Source: a virus (taxonomy: Duplodnaviria > Caudoviricetes). Taken from it: a stretch of DNA of 58,744 nt. A program made the translations under genes and the position numbers. Shown piece by piece: positions 19,544 to 27,979 of the stretch. The DNA is taken from IMG/VR virus record IMGVR_UViG_3300032282_001014, positions 1 to 58,744 of that record. One strand, given 5' to 3'. The notes beneath the pieces were generated by a model, which saw nothing but the letters and a program-made list of their open reading frames with translations, did not search any database and was not told where the DNA came from. Each line of letters starts with the position of its first letter. Position 1 is the first letter of the stretch.

Positions 19544-19584
19544 ATTGTATTTTCAAATCAAGATTAAACTTTTGATTGCTTTTT
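19544..19584. promoter_or_regulatory. 41-bp composite operator-like element, copy 1
   Basis: attgtattttcaaatcaa-N10-ttgattgcttttt; near-identical to 26001-26041. Confidence 0.55.
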
Positions 19585-20562
19585 AGCTTCTCTATTGCTT
19601 ATCCATAGAAGCGTAGCATTTTTCCAATCAGACGCTTTTATCTTTGCAGCGTAACCTTTTCCGTCTGTAACTTTACCTCTACGCATTGCGCTGACTGTAG
19701 CCATAGGTACAGCCACACCTTGAAAGAACGGATGCCGGTAAACAACCTTATCATTGAACGGCTTCGTGCAAAACTCTTCTGCATCCCACAAAAAACTCTG
19801 GTAGTGCCCGTCTAACATGAGTGGTAGAGGTTTAACTAGGCAGTTAGTATAATGGTCGTATATATTATCATTCGGAGGAGTATTTATATATTTTTCAGCA
19901 TCGTACAGTTCCGTGTACAAATGTAAATTATTGCTAATTTGACGGTACACGCCAACCTGCATACCAACGGAGGTAGCTACGAACTCTTGCAGTACGCTGA
20001 AATGCACAGCATTTGCACCGTAGGCTCCCCACCAGATATCGTTAGACCTGTTAAACACTGTCATGTCTAGAAAGAAACCTCCGCGAATACTGAACACAAT
20101 CTGCGTGTTGCAAGCTTTGTCTTTAGTTTCCTTCGTTAAATCTTTATCGTCCCACATCTGAATCACAGCTTGCCGAGACCTAGGATCTTTACGTAAAAGA
20201 TTTATAACTTCGATGAGTTGATCGTGTCCGAAATGCTTACGCCAGCGATGTCCGTAGGCAGCGTTGAACACTTCTCCGTCGTCACTGTACTGTTCGATCT
20301 GACGATTGAATTGTTCCAAGAATGCAACATCATTGCGTCCTGCAAGCATCCATATCGCTTCCATGAGGTGAAAAATAGGATTGGCGTCTCGTCCGGCATG
20401 GAATAATACCCTCTCTGTAGGTTTCAAATACGTTGTAGTTACAGGCTCTGGAAACACCAACGCTGGTCCGTTGCGGGTCTCCTCAGGTTGTAAGTTGGCT
20501 ACTCTAAGCTTCCAGAATATTTCAGAGAAAGCTTGATTGACATTACGTACAGTTATTTCCAT
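19564..20562 (-). CDS. thymidylate-synthase homologue, probable dUMP hydroxymethylase
   Basis: YGHRWR, DQL, SRQAVI, catalytic ACN, RSNDIWWGAYGAN (Asn indicates dUMP specificity), NNLHLY; embedded in the hypermodification cluster. Confidence 0.85.
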   Translation of the reverse strand: MEITVRNVNQAFSEIFWKLRVANLQPEETRNGPALVFPEPVTTTYLKPTERVLFHAGRDANPIFHLMEAIWMLAGRNDVAFLEQFNRQIEQYSDDGEVFNAAYGHRWRKHFGHDQLIEVINLLRKDPRSRQAVIQMWDDKDLTKETKDKACNTQIVFSIRGGFFLDMTVFNRSNDIWWGAYGANAVHFSVLQEFVATSVGMQVGVYRQISNNLHLYTELYDAEKYINTPPNDNIYDHYTNCLVKPLPLMLDGHYQSFLWDAEEFCTKPFNDKVVYRHPFFQGVAVPMATVSAMRRGKVTDGKGYAAKIKASDWKNATLLWISNREAKKQSKV

Positions 20563-21486
20563 TTAGAACTCCATCTCTGGTTTATATAATGTTTTTGGTA
20601 CACCTTCACTTAACACAACTCGGCAGTATTTACCATACTCACACATTACGTTCTGCACATCGTGTAAAGTTAAATCAGTTATGCGTAACTCTTCTGCTAT
20701 GTCTTTATTTATGTCGTACAGTATTTGATTGAAATCATCTTGCTGCCAACCGGCAAAAGGTTTTCTATTTTGCAAATAGTTTAACCCTCGCATGCTCCCT
20801 GGTCCCATGGGTGCGAAAGTGTATAAGTCCTCCGCATCGTCAAGGTGACCTTTTGCGTATGAAAGATCGGACGCAACCTGCCCTGCCATAAACGTGCTGA
20901 TTCCATAGCATTTAGATAACGTATCGACAAAGCTTTGAACCGACTTACCTTCATTTTCCTTCCATAGTGAGAAGTATATCTCTTCAGATGCCTCGATAGC
21001 AGCGCTAATAATATGTTTCGCAAGTGAATACGATTTGCATTTACCGACATCCAACTTGGTCGGGTAAACCATATACGCTCCACCGTAAACTTTTGTCGAT
21101 TCTTTTTTGAAATTCTCAATGGTTTTAGAGAACGCTTTACCATCAAAATCCTCTGGGGAACATGGAATAATATCTTCATATAGAAGCTTCTCAAGGGTCG
21201 GTGGCCAGTTAACTAATCTTGCAATTAATAAAGAGAACCAAAGATTTTTATCTTTGAGATTCAAATTGATTATTTCTTTTATTATCCATTTTGACACCCT
21301 ATCGTGCCTACGATGTATATTAGTAAACTTGTATTTTTCAAACACAGGGTCATTAGTCCATGGTTTGTCACCACCTCGCTCTTTTACAATCCTAATGACT
21401 TCTCTTTCCCACACGAAATAAAGCAGTGACTCCATCGTGCAGACATTTTCAGCAGTCGGTCTAGGGTATGGGCAGGTCTCAACCAT
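20563..21486 (-). CDS. aGPT-Pplase clade 1 / HhH-glycosylase-fold base-hypermodification protein
   Basis: ERE.IR...KPWTNDPVFEKYKFTNIHRRHDRVSKW, GISTFMAGQVASDL, GPGSMRGL, DVQNVMCEYGKY. Confidence 0.8.
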   Translation of the reverse strand: MVETCPYPRPTAENVCTMESLLYFVWEREVIRIVKERGGDKPWTNDPVFEKYKFTNIHRRHDRVSKWIIKEIINLNLKDKNLWFSLLIARLVNWPPTLEKLLYEDIIPCSPEDFDGKAFSKTIENFKKESTKVYGGAYMVYPTKLDVGKCKSYSLAKHIISAAIEASEEIYFSLWKENEGKSVQSFVDTLSKCYGISTFMAGQVASDLSYAKGHLDDAEDLYTFAPMGPGSMRGLNYLQNRKPFAGWQQDDFNQILYDINKDIAEELRITDLTLHDVQNVMCEYGKYCRVVLSEGVPKTLYKPEMEF

Positions 21487-22060
21487 TCTCAGCCTCTTTA
21501 AAATATCCTACTACTCCAGTTATAGGGTCTTGCCAATCTAACCAGCGAACATCGTAACCACCGGCTTCAGTTAAAAGTTCTGCGCTACGGTGACATTGTT
21601 TGTACGCCATACGCATAGTCTTTTCTGGGTCAAATTCTTTATCGTTACCGGCGGCTTGGCGACGAGCTAAAACTCTCTCAAGGCACACTTCCCATGGTGT
21701 GTCTAAAAACGCAAAGATACCATTGTGATCTCTAATAATAGGTGCTGTATGTCCTTTGTCACTAGACTTAGACATCAACAAACCTTCCACAATTACGTGC
21801 CCATACGGTAAAGCTTTCACAATACGCTCTGCTATTTCTTCCTGAGTTTTTATTCCGTCAGCTCCACCGCAGGTGTTTTCATAACTACCTACTATGAATA
21901 CAGGAGCCTGAATACCCCAATTGTTTGCGTCTACCTGATACCCTACAGGTCGGTCTGGTTTACCTCCTAACGCACGTTTCGGTAGTTTCTCTAAAAACCT
22001 ACGCACAATTGTAGTTTTGCCCGAACCATTACAGCCACGAATATTGACTAATTGATGCAT
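21479..22060 (-). CDS. P-loop kinase, probable 5-hydroxymethyluracil DNA kinase
   Basis: NIRGCNGSGKTT, GSYENTCGGADGI, VIVEGL, FLDTPWEVCLERVLARR; flanked by the two transferase-fold genes. Confidence 0.8.
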   Translation of the reverse strand: MHQLVNIRGCNGSGKTTIVRRFLEKLPKRALGGKPDRPVGYQVDANNWGIQAPVFIVGSYENTCGGADGIKTQEEIAERIVKALPYGHVIVEGLLMSKSSDKGHTAPIIRDHNGIFAFLDTPWEVCLERVLARRQAAGNDKEFDPEKTMRMAYKQCHRSAELLTEAGGYDVRWLDWQDPITGVVGYFKEAENG

Positions 22061-23052
22061 AAGAAATGTTCTCCTCTATACGGGAAACCAGTCTCAGGAA
22101 ATATTGCTGCTTTCTGCTTCCAAGTCAGATTGTTAGTTTCGCATTCTTGACGCAACCAGTCTGGTAACTTAGCAGCTCGCATCTCTTTAAAAATATCACA
22201 GTTTATATTACGTGACTCTGCCCACTCAATACGCTCCCATGCCATGTCAGCATACACACCAGGATACCGACGACCGAAGAAATGGTTCTTGAACGTACAC
22301 AAGTTAGACTCAAAAGTAAACTTGCTAACACCCCAGTGAGGATATTTCTTTGTGTAAAACTTTTCTAAATACTCGTCTGCTTGAATAGTCAACCAGCTAC
22401 ATATCTTTTTGAAATCTAGGTACTCACCATCCTGCCCGTTAGGCAACCTTCTATCCCATACTAAGTCGTCTCTACCTAACAAAAAGAACATACCGTTACG
22501 ATGCGACTTGCTACCTGACTTATTTTCAAATATAAGGTCTTCACAGTCTGCACCGAATCCGTTTAAATAGACGTACTCAAGATAACTGAAAGACGACAAC
22601 CTTCCGAAAGAACGGTAATTGTTATACACCATGTCCCATAAAGCAGCGTAATTTCTACCTTGGAACATTTTAGTTTGTGAGCCAAACTGTTTAACTAATT
22701 CAGCATAAGCTTTAATTGCTAATACGGTGTCTCGTTTCTGATACCGGCGGTCTGTGTCAAACTGCAAAGTGTCCCAATTATCGTTGAACCATGCGTCAAA
22801 CTGAGTCAGCTTCGCTCCGACAGGAGGAAGCTCAGGCAGCTGCTCAAATAGACGCAACGACGTGATAGGGTTCTGCGTCATACCGTTCAAGAACGCAAAC
22901 CAGAGTATCTGCTCACCATCCCAGTTATAATGCTTAGACAACATAGGCATGTAAAGATACACGAGTCCTGGCATGACGCCGTTCTTCAAATTCATGACGT
23001 ACAGATCGTCAAAATACTCTGCCCTGTTTTCAGGTAGACGATAATCAAGCAT
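22048..23052 (-). CDS. amino acid:DNA transferase (aGPT-Pplase clade 2)
   Basis: DYRLPENR, LWFAFL, FDTDRRYQK, FGRLSSFSYLEY, GSKSHRNG, FTFESNLCTFK, RYPGVY; start moved to MLDYR, which overlaps the PLP gene stop. Confidence 0.8.
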   Translation of the reverse strand: MLDYRLPENRAEYFDDLYVMNLKNGVMPGLVYLYMPMLSKHYNWDGEQILWFAFLNGMTQNPITSLRLFEQLPELPPVGAKLTQFDAWFNDNWDTLQFDTDRRYQKRDTVLAIKAYAELVKQFGSQTKMFQGRNYAALWDMVYNNYRSFGRLSSFSYLEYVYLNGFGADCEDLIFENKSGSKSHRNGMFFLLGRDDLVWDRRLPNGQDGEYLDFKKICSWLTIQADEYLEKFYTKKYPHWGVSKFTFESNLCTFKNHFFGRRYPGVYADMAWERIEWAESRNINCDIFKEMRAAKLPDWLRQECETNNLTWKQKAAIFPETGFPYRGEHFLCIN

Positions 23053-24004
23053 CGTATTTCCTCGTATAAAATGGTTCAATGATTTTAGAGTTAGGCGCAC
23101 TGCCTACAATCCAAAAACCCACGTGTTCTTTTTCAAACAGGCTAGTCTGCTTTAGCCAGCGCCACATTTTAGCTTCATACGTCGGGTGGAACTTTATACC
23201 GTCAAACTCTTCCCCGTTAAACTTATCGCTGTACTTGCTGAAACCGGTGTCGTGCAAACTATGATGACGTATTTTGAACGGTAGTTTGTCCATGTCAACA
23301 CCCATAACTTTTAGACGCTCACGCACCCAGCTACGCTTGTCTGGTCCGATACCAATAGTGAACAAGGTTTCTAAGTTTTTACTATCCCTGCTTAAACCAA
23401 GTAAAACGCTGGTCAGGGAGTTGCAAGAACCTGCAGGCATGATTAGCGTCTCTACGTCATTAGGCATGTTAGAGACCTGATTAGCGCCCACCTCGTGGAA
23501 CTTCTGCACGTACTCTGCAGGGTAACGGTCATGCGGCACGGTGATGCCGTATTCAACCACTAACGAAGTTGGCTTAGTCAAATCTTGAACCATACGCTGC
23601 AATATAGGATTATATGGTCCGTTAGCATATTCAAACTCTGCACCGAATCCGTAAGCAATTCTTGGGTTTTCGTGTTTCAGAACTGTCTCTGGTTTGCTGT
23701 AAACAATTTGGCGAGCTTTGAGGTTGTAATGTGCTCCAACAATCGCAGACATCGACAACTGAGGCGACTGAATACTCGCTCCGGTCACTATGTGAGTACG
23801 GTTGGTCTTGAACTTGTTTACGTACCATATCAACTGCCTCATCTTAGATCCGTTCGGACCACCGTAACCGAGAGGTGCAAAGTAATCTTCACGCTTGAAC
23901 CAGATACCTTTATGGTTTTCCCATGGGGTATGAACACCTAAATGTTCTTCCCACCGGACTTGGTTTCTATCAAGAGACAGTTCAGGAAACACTGTGTCAC
24001 TCAT
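23045..24004 (-). CDS. PLP-dependent enzyme (fold type II), probable DNA-linked amino-acid decarboxylase
   Basis: WFKREDYF...GGPNGSKMRQL (PLP lysine), SIQSPQ, PAGSCNS, HPTYEAK, FWIVG. Confidence 0.8.
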   Translation of the reverse strand: MSDTVFPELSLDRNQVRWEEHLGVHTPWENHKGIWFKREDYFAPLGYGGPNGSKMRQLIWYVNKFKTNRTHIVTGASIQSPQLSMSAIVGAHYNLKARQIVYSKPETVLKHENPRIAYGFGAEFEYANGPYNPILQRMVQDLTKPTSLVVEYGITVPHDRYPAEYVQKFHEVGANQVSNMPNDVETLIMPAGSCNSLTSVLLGLSRDSKNLETLFTIGIGPDKRSWVRERLKVMGVDMDKLPFKIRHHSLHDTGFSKYSDKFNGEEFDGIKFHPTYEAKMWRWLKQTSLFEKEHVGFWIVGSAPNSKIIEPFYTRKYDA

Positions 24005-24402
24005 CCGAATATCTCCTTCAACTTATCGTATAATGCTTTAGCTTCTTTAACAGTCAACGTGTCTATGTTGACCTCTATCTGTTTGACCGGCTCAGGCACA
24101 ATGACTGTAACTTCCTGAGTCTTTTGAACAGGCGGTAACATTTCATACCTATCGCCAACAGCTCGGTAAACCTTTATACTGCGTCTACCCACGCCACGTT
24201 TTTCCAACTCGATGTAACTGGTCAACATTTTACGGGAACTCATGAAATTAACGGCTACATATACCTGAGCCTGTTGAACATTCAAAGCTAACGCTATATC
24301 CTTAGCTGACTTGTCGGGATGGTCTTTCAGGTACATCCATACTCTTTTGTTGACTGAAACGGCTAGACCTGATTTCTTCAATTGTTCTGCGATTTTCGTC
24401 AT
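24001..24402 (-). CDS. putative winged-helix DNA-binding protein
   Basis: VWMYLKDHPDKSAKDIALALNVQQAQVYVAVNFM HTH pattern. Confidence 0.55.
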   Translation of the reverse strand: MTKIAEQLKKSGLAVSVNKRVWMYLKDHPDKSAKDIALALNVQQAQVYVAVNFMSSRKMLTSYIELEKRGVGRRSIKVYRAVGDRYEMLPPVQKTQEVTVIVPEPVKQIEVNIDTLTVKEAKALYDKLKEIFG

Positions 24403-24502
24403 GTTGACTCCAAAAATAAAAAGTTATACCTACTACACCTATAAACATACCCAAGGCTGTCAAGAATCCTGCAGCCCAAACTAACATTACGAAGGTTTCC
24501 AT
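24302..24502 (-). CDS. small membrane protein
   Basis: Single hydrophobic helix; GGAG upstream. Confidence 0.4.
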   Translation of the reverse strand: METFVMLVWAAGFLTALGMFIGVVGITFYFWSQHDENRRTIEEIRSSRFSQQKSMDVPERPSRQVS

Positions 24503-24657
24503 TTCTTGTACTCCGAAAAACTAGCTCTTTGTGAACAGGGTTTGCACAACCACCGGCGATAACGATGCCTTATAATGCGCATTTCACCACCGTCCAACGG
24601 CTTAAACATATTGCAAGTAGAACAATATTTACGGTCATGCAGAGTGTGTGTTGTCAT
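24487..24657 (-). CDS. small Zn-ribbon protein, not in the ORF track
   Basis: 56 aa MTTHTLHDRKYCSTC...WLCKPCSQR with two CxxC motifs. Confidence 0.5.
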   Translation of the reverse strand: MTTHTLHDRKYCSTCNMFKPLDGGEMRIIRHRYRRWLCKPCSQRASFSEYKKWKPS

Positions 24658-24805
24658 CTTCATCTTTCTTTTCTACTTGTCGTTTACGCCAAACAGATTT
24701 CTTCTTACGGTTTTCATTTCGCATACGCTCGCGGATCTCTTCAAGACGATCTTCACGCTCGTTATACTCTTCTTCCATATTTCGAAACCAGTTAGCGTCA
24801 CGCAT
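24635..24805 (-). CDS. small charged hypothetical protein
   Basis: MRDANWF... starts in a TAATG overlap with the upstream ORF. Confidence 0.4.
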   Translation of the reverse strand: MRDANWFRNMEEEYNEREDRLEEIRERMRNENRKKKSVWRKRQVEKKDEDDNTHSA

Positions 24806-24939
24806 TATGCAAAGTTCCATCCCAAAGTAAATAACCTGTAAACGAGTTTACAGAACACACCAGTGCCGACAATCAAGCACAACCAGCTTATAATCCAAAG
24901 CACAACTTTAAGTGCTAAGGCGAGTTTTTCCAAATTCAT
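24805..24939 (-). CDS. small membrane protein, not in the ORF track
   Basis: 44 aa MNLEKLALALKVVLWIISWLCLIVGTGVFCKLVYRLFTLGWNFA; AAGGA upstream. Confidence 0.45.
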   Translation of the reverse strand: MNLEKLALALKVVLWIISWLCLIVGTGVFCKLVYRLFTLGWNFA

Positions 24940-24949
24940 TTTATATCCT

Positions 24950-25150
24950 TTATTTGAATTTTCCAAGTCTAGATACGGGGATAAGGTTCTGAACTAAAAC
25001 ATGATCTGGTCCGTCCCCGTTCGTCCACTTTACTGCAGCAATCATTCCATCCAGTCTATAAACAAAACCGCGCAGATGAGAAATATTACTGCCAAAACTA
25101 TGTCTCCCAGTATTAGGCTTAATGGCCACATGTTCACCGATCCTCATCAT
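24950..25150 (-). CDS. small SH3-like hypothetical protein
   Basis: MRIGEHVAIK...AAVKWTNG...VQNLIPV pattern; GAAGG upstream. Confidence 0.45.
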   Translation of the reverse strand: MMRIGEHVAIKPNTGRHSFGSNISHLRGFVYRLDGMIAAVKWTNGDGPDHVLVQNLIPVSRLGKFK

Positions 25151-25403
25151 AACCTTCCATTTCTTCTTTAATCTTCTCTTCAATGTAATCGTTCTCACGC
25201 TCAGTCAAAACAGACTCAACCTCATGAGCCAGCGTGCCGTCCATGTTAAGAAGCTCCCATTCCAACTCAGTATACCCGTGGTAGTCTACATCACTATCTT
25301 TGCAATAACGGTCGGGTTTTTGGTGATGATAATGCGTCACACCGGCGATGTACTTAGTGTCCTCATCGCCCAGTTCAACTATGATTTCTGCTTTATATTT
25401 CAT
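25134..25403 (-). CDS. acidic hypothetical early protein
   Basis: MKYKAEI...DSDVDYHGYTELEW; GAGGTG upstream. Confidence 0.55.
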   Translation of the reverse strand: MKYKAEIIVELGDEDTKYIAGVTHYHHQKPDRYCKDSDVDYHGYTELEWELLNMDGTLAHEVESVLTERENDYIEEKIKEEMEGYDEDR

Positions 25404-25581
25404 AGGATGGCACCTCAAGAGTGACTCTGAAGCCGAGCGCACGAATAGAATTCAAAGCGGCTCTGGTGAGAGTTTTTGTACCGGCGAGTTTAGCAAACTC
25501 TTCTGCAAGGACGCAGACAGGGTACACGGTCGCTTGACCGTAGACGTCTTTAACTTTTACGATGATTTCAGGTTGATTCAT
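25393..25581 (-). CDS. hypothetical early protein
   Basis: VKDVYG...YPVC...FAKLAGTKTLT; GGAG upstream. Confidence 0.6.
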   Translation of the reverse strand: MNQPEIIVKVKDVYGQATVYPVCVLAEEFAKLAGTKTLTRAALNSIRALGFRVTLEVPSYEI

Positions 25582-25616
25582 AATGATTCTCCAGTTATTA
25601 AGTTATTGAGTTAAAA

Positions 25617-25922
25617 TTAATACGTGTAAAAACCTTTAGCGCCACAGAAACCGAGGTAACCACCAGTGCTGCTTGAGCGTTGAATCAACTCGCTCATGTT
25701 GATACCACCTACCCAGCGACCCCACGCTTCATTGTAAAACACAACGTACTGAGCGGGACGAGCTTCAACACCTGGTGTTTTGCTGAAATAATTAGCAGCG
25801 TCTTGTGCCATCTTAGCGGTAGCTTTTTCAGCGGCAGCTTCTGAGGCATAATTCTTGCAAGGGTTTTTGTTTGTAGTGCGATATTCTTCGATGCGGGCGG
25901 TGAGCGAGGCGATGATGTTCAT
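25617..25922 (-). CDS. hypothetical early protein, first gene of the leftward operon
   Basis: 101 aa; SD AGGAG; downstream of the promoter at 25972-26000. Confidence 0.65.
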   Translation of the reverse strand: MNIIASLTARIEEYRTTNKNPCKNYASEAAAEKATAKMAQDAANYFSKTPGVEARPAQYVVFYNEAWGRWVGGINMSELIQRSSSTGGYLGFCGAKGFYTY

Positions 25923-25971
25923 AGTGAGGCTCCTAGTTATAAGTTATACAACGGGTCGTGCTATGGACTGA

Positions 25972-26000
25972 ACTATGGAGACGTTCTGGAAAAAAGGCAA
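25972..26000 (-). promoter_or_regulatory. leftward sigma70-type promoter TTGCCT-N17-CATAGT
   Basis: Reverse complement gives the same TTGCCT -35 as the late promoters, with 17-nt spacing. Confidence 0.55.
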
Positions 26001-26041
26001 ATTGTATTTTTGAATCAATTTTAGAAAGTTGATTGCTTTTT
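26001..26041. promoter_or_regulatory. 41-bp composite operator-like element, copy 2, between the divergent promoters
   Basis: attgtatttttgaatcaa-N10-ttgattgcttttt; contains the inverted repeat AATCAA-N10-TTGATT. Confidence 0.55.
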
Positions 26042-26047
26042 CCAATT

Positions 26048-26076
26048 TTGACATTTCTACATTTGTCAGGCATAAT
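26048..26076 (+). promoter_or_regulatory. rightward sigma70 promoter TTGACA-N17-CATAAT
   Basis: Consensus -35 and 5/6 -10; a TGACA/TGTCA inverted repeat overlaps it. Confidence 0.7.
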
Positions 26077-26105
26077 TGGGGATCTTTAATTTATAACTTA
26101 TAACT

Positions 26106-27653
26106 GTGAAACTTCGTCCTTATCAGCTAGATGCCTATCAACGTGCTCTACATCACCTAGAGTCCGGTGATAACCCTGTGCTGCAATTAGCTACAGGTAC
26201 GGGTAAATCTCTCATCATCGCCGCTATAGCGTCTCACTATGAGAAAAAACAGCTTAACGTCTGGATCCTGACCCACGTTCAACAGCTCGTCGGGCAGAAC
26301 GCTATAGCGTATAGAAAGTTTACCGGCGACAGTCCTGGCATAGTCTGCTCAGGAATGGGTATGGCTAACTATGAGAACCGTGTTACCTTCGCTACAGTTC
26401 AAAGCATACGTAAACCGGCTATAGATAAGCTCATAGCTGACCCAGACCTCATCATAATTGATGAAGCGCATAGGGTGCCTCACGGTAATGATCAAGCTAT
26501 AATGTATAGTGAGATCTTTTTAAAATACCCTAATGCAAAACGTCTAGGTATGACTGCTACTCCATGGCGAATGGACAACGGTCTCATATACGGAGATAAG
26601 AACCATTTTATATTCAACACTCTCGCTTATGCTTACCCTGTACTCAAAGCAGTGGAAGAAGGTTATCTTTCTCCTTTAGTCGGTGTTGAAACAGAATACC
26701 AATTAGATTTAGAAAAAGCAGACGTTAACAACGGTGACTTCTCTCAGCTAGACGTTGAAGAGCTTGCTACTGAAAAATGGCTTAGGGTTGTAGCTGATTC
26801 TATTCACAGTTTAGCCCACAACCGTAAGCATATTGCTGTGTACTGCCCAACTATAAAGTCAGCTATGAAGACTGCTGACATGATACGTGAAACTACAGGT
26901 TGGACAGTTGACGTTATGACAGGCGGTACGAGTAAGCAACATAGAGATGAAATTTTATTGGACATGTACGCAGGCAGCTTACGGGTGCTCTGCTCAGTTG
27001 ATACAATTACTACTGGCTTTGACTTTCCTCCACTAGATTGCATAGTGTGTCTAAGACCTACTCTATCCTCCTCTCTGTGGGTTCAAATACAAGGTCGGGG
27101 TACACGCCTACACAAAGACAAAAAGAACTGCCTCGTGCTGGATTACGTCGGTAACTACCAGCGTCTGGGCGGTGTTGACATGCTTGACAGTTACGTGCGT
27201 GAAGTTAATCTTGACGTAGTTGAACAAGTACCGGCTGCTGAAATTAGAAAGCCATACGTTAAAAAGACTCGCAAATTATTGCCAGGAGTCCGCAACTTAG
27301 TGCCAGTTGACCCTATGACGGGCAGGGAAGTTATTGACGGTAGCTGCCTCACGTTGACGGTTAACTCAGCTTCAGCTGTGCCGATTAAAACTAAAAGTCA
27401 TTCCAAGCAAGTGCTGCTTGTTCAATACGCTTGCACTACAGTTGACAACGTGAGGATAGATGCCTCTACGTTTGTACACACTGAGACGCCTAGAGGAGTT
27501 GACCAAACATTTTTCAAAAATAGACATTTGGCGGTATACTTACCTTCCCCTGCGGCAAAAGTAATCTGGCAGGTACGTAACAGTATATCACCTCAACAGG
27601 TTATCGCTCGTAAGTCTGGGCGGTATTGGAATGTAATCGAAGAACTTTTCTAA
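26106..27653 (+). CDS. superfamily II DNA helicase
   Basis: LRPYQ, ATGTGKS, IIDEAH, GMTATP, TTGFD and QIQGRGTR motifs. Confidence 0.9.
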   Translation: MKLRPYQLDAYQRALHHLESGDNPVLQLATGTGKSLIIAAIASHYEKKQLNVWILTHVQQLVGQNAIAYRKFTGDSPGIVCSGMGMANYENRVTFATVQSIRKPAIDKLIADPDLIIIDEAHRVPHGNDQAIMYSEIFLKYPNAKRLGMTATPWRMDNGLIYGDKNHFIFNTLAYAYPVLKAVEEGYLSPLVGVETEYQLDLEKADVNNGDFSQLDVEELATEKWLRVVADSIHSLAHNRKHIAVYCPTIKSAMKTADMIRETTGWTVDVMTGGTSKQHRDEILLDMYAGSLRVLCSVDTITTGFDFPPLDCIVCLRPTLSSSLWVQIQGRGTRLHKDKKNCLVLDYVGNYQRLGGVDMLDSYVREVNLDVVEQVPAAEIRKPYVKKTRKLLPGVRNLVPVDPMTGREVIDGSCLTLTVNSASAVPIKTKSHSKQVLLVQYACTTVDNVRIDASTFVHTETPRGVDQTFFKNRHLAVYLPSPAAKVIWQVRNSISPQQVIARKSGRYWNVIEELF

Positions 27654-27670
27654 CTCGGAGAAAAAATATA

Positions 27671-27979
27671 ATGACCGATATATTGAGAAGGAGCCGATTC
27701 AAAGAGGAACGCTCACTGTTGCCGCACCAACGGCAATACATTGAGATATACCTTGAGAAGAGTGTTCCTGAAAAACATAAATTAGCAACCCAAAGATCGC
27801 TGCTCGGTCAAGTGCCTCGCAGTGTGGCTATCCGTGTCAAATGTCTGCAGTGTTGCAGCTATGACCGAGAAGAGATAACACACTGTACTGTTCTGTCTTG
27901 TGCGTTACACGCAGTAAGACCGTATCAGAATAAGAACGCACCTGACGAGGAGACCGATGGTGGTGAAACAGACGAATAA
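27671..27979 (+). CDS. small Cys-rich (Zn-binding) protein
   Basis: AIRVKCLQCC...C...CALHAVRPY; GGAG upstream of ATG 27671. Confidence 0.6.
   Translation: MTDILRRSRFKEERSLLPHQRQYIEIYLEKSVPEKHKLATQRSLLGQVPRSVAIRVKCLQCCSYDREEITHCTVLSCALHAVRPYQNKNAPDEETDGGETDE

Noticed and set aside
19541-19561. TTGAT...ATCAA as an FNR box
   Set aside because: The spacer is 11 nt, not the 4 nt FNR requires
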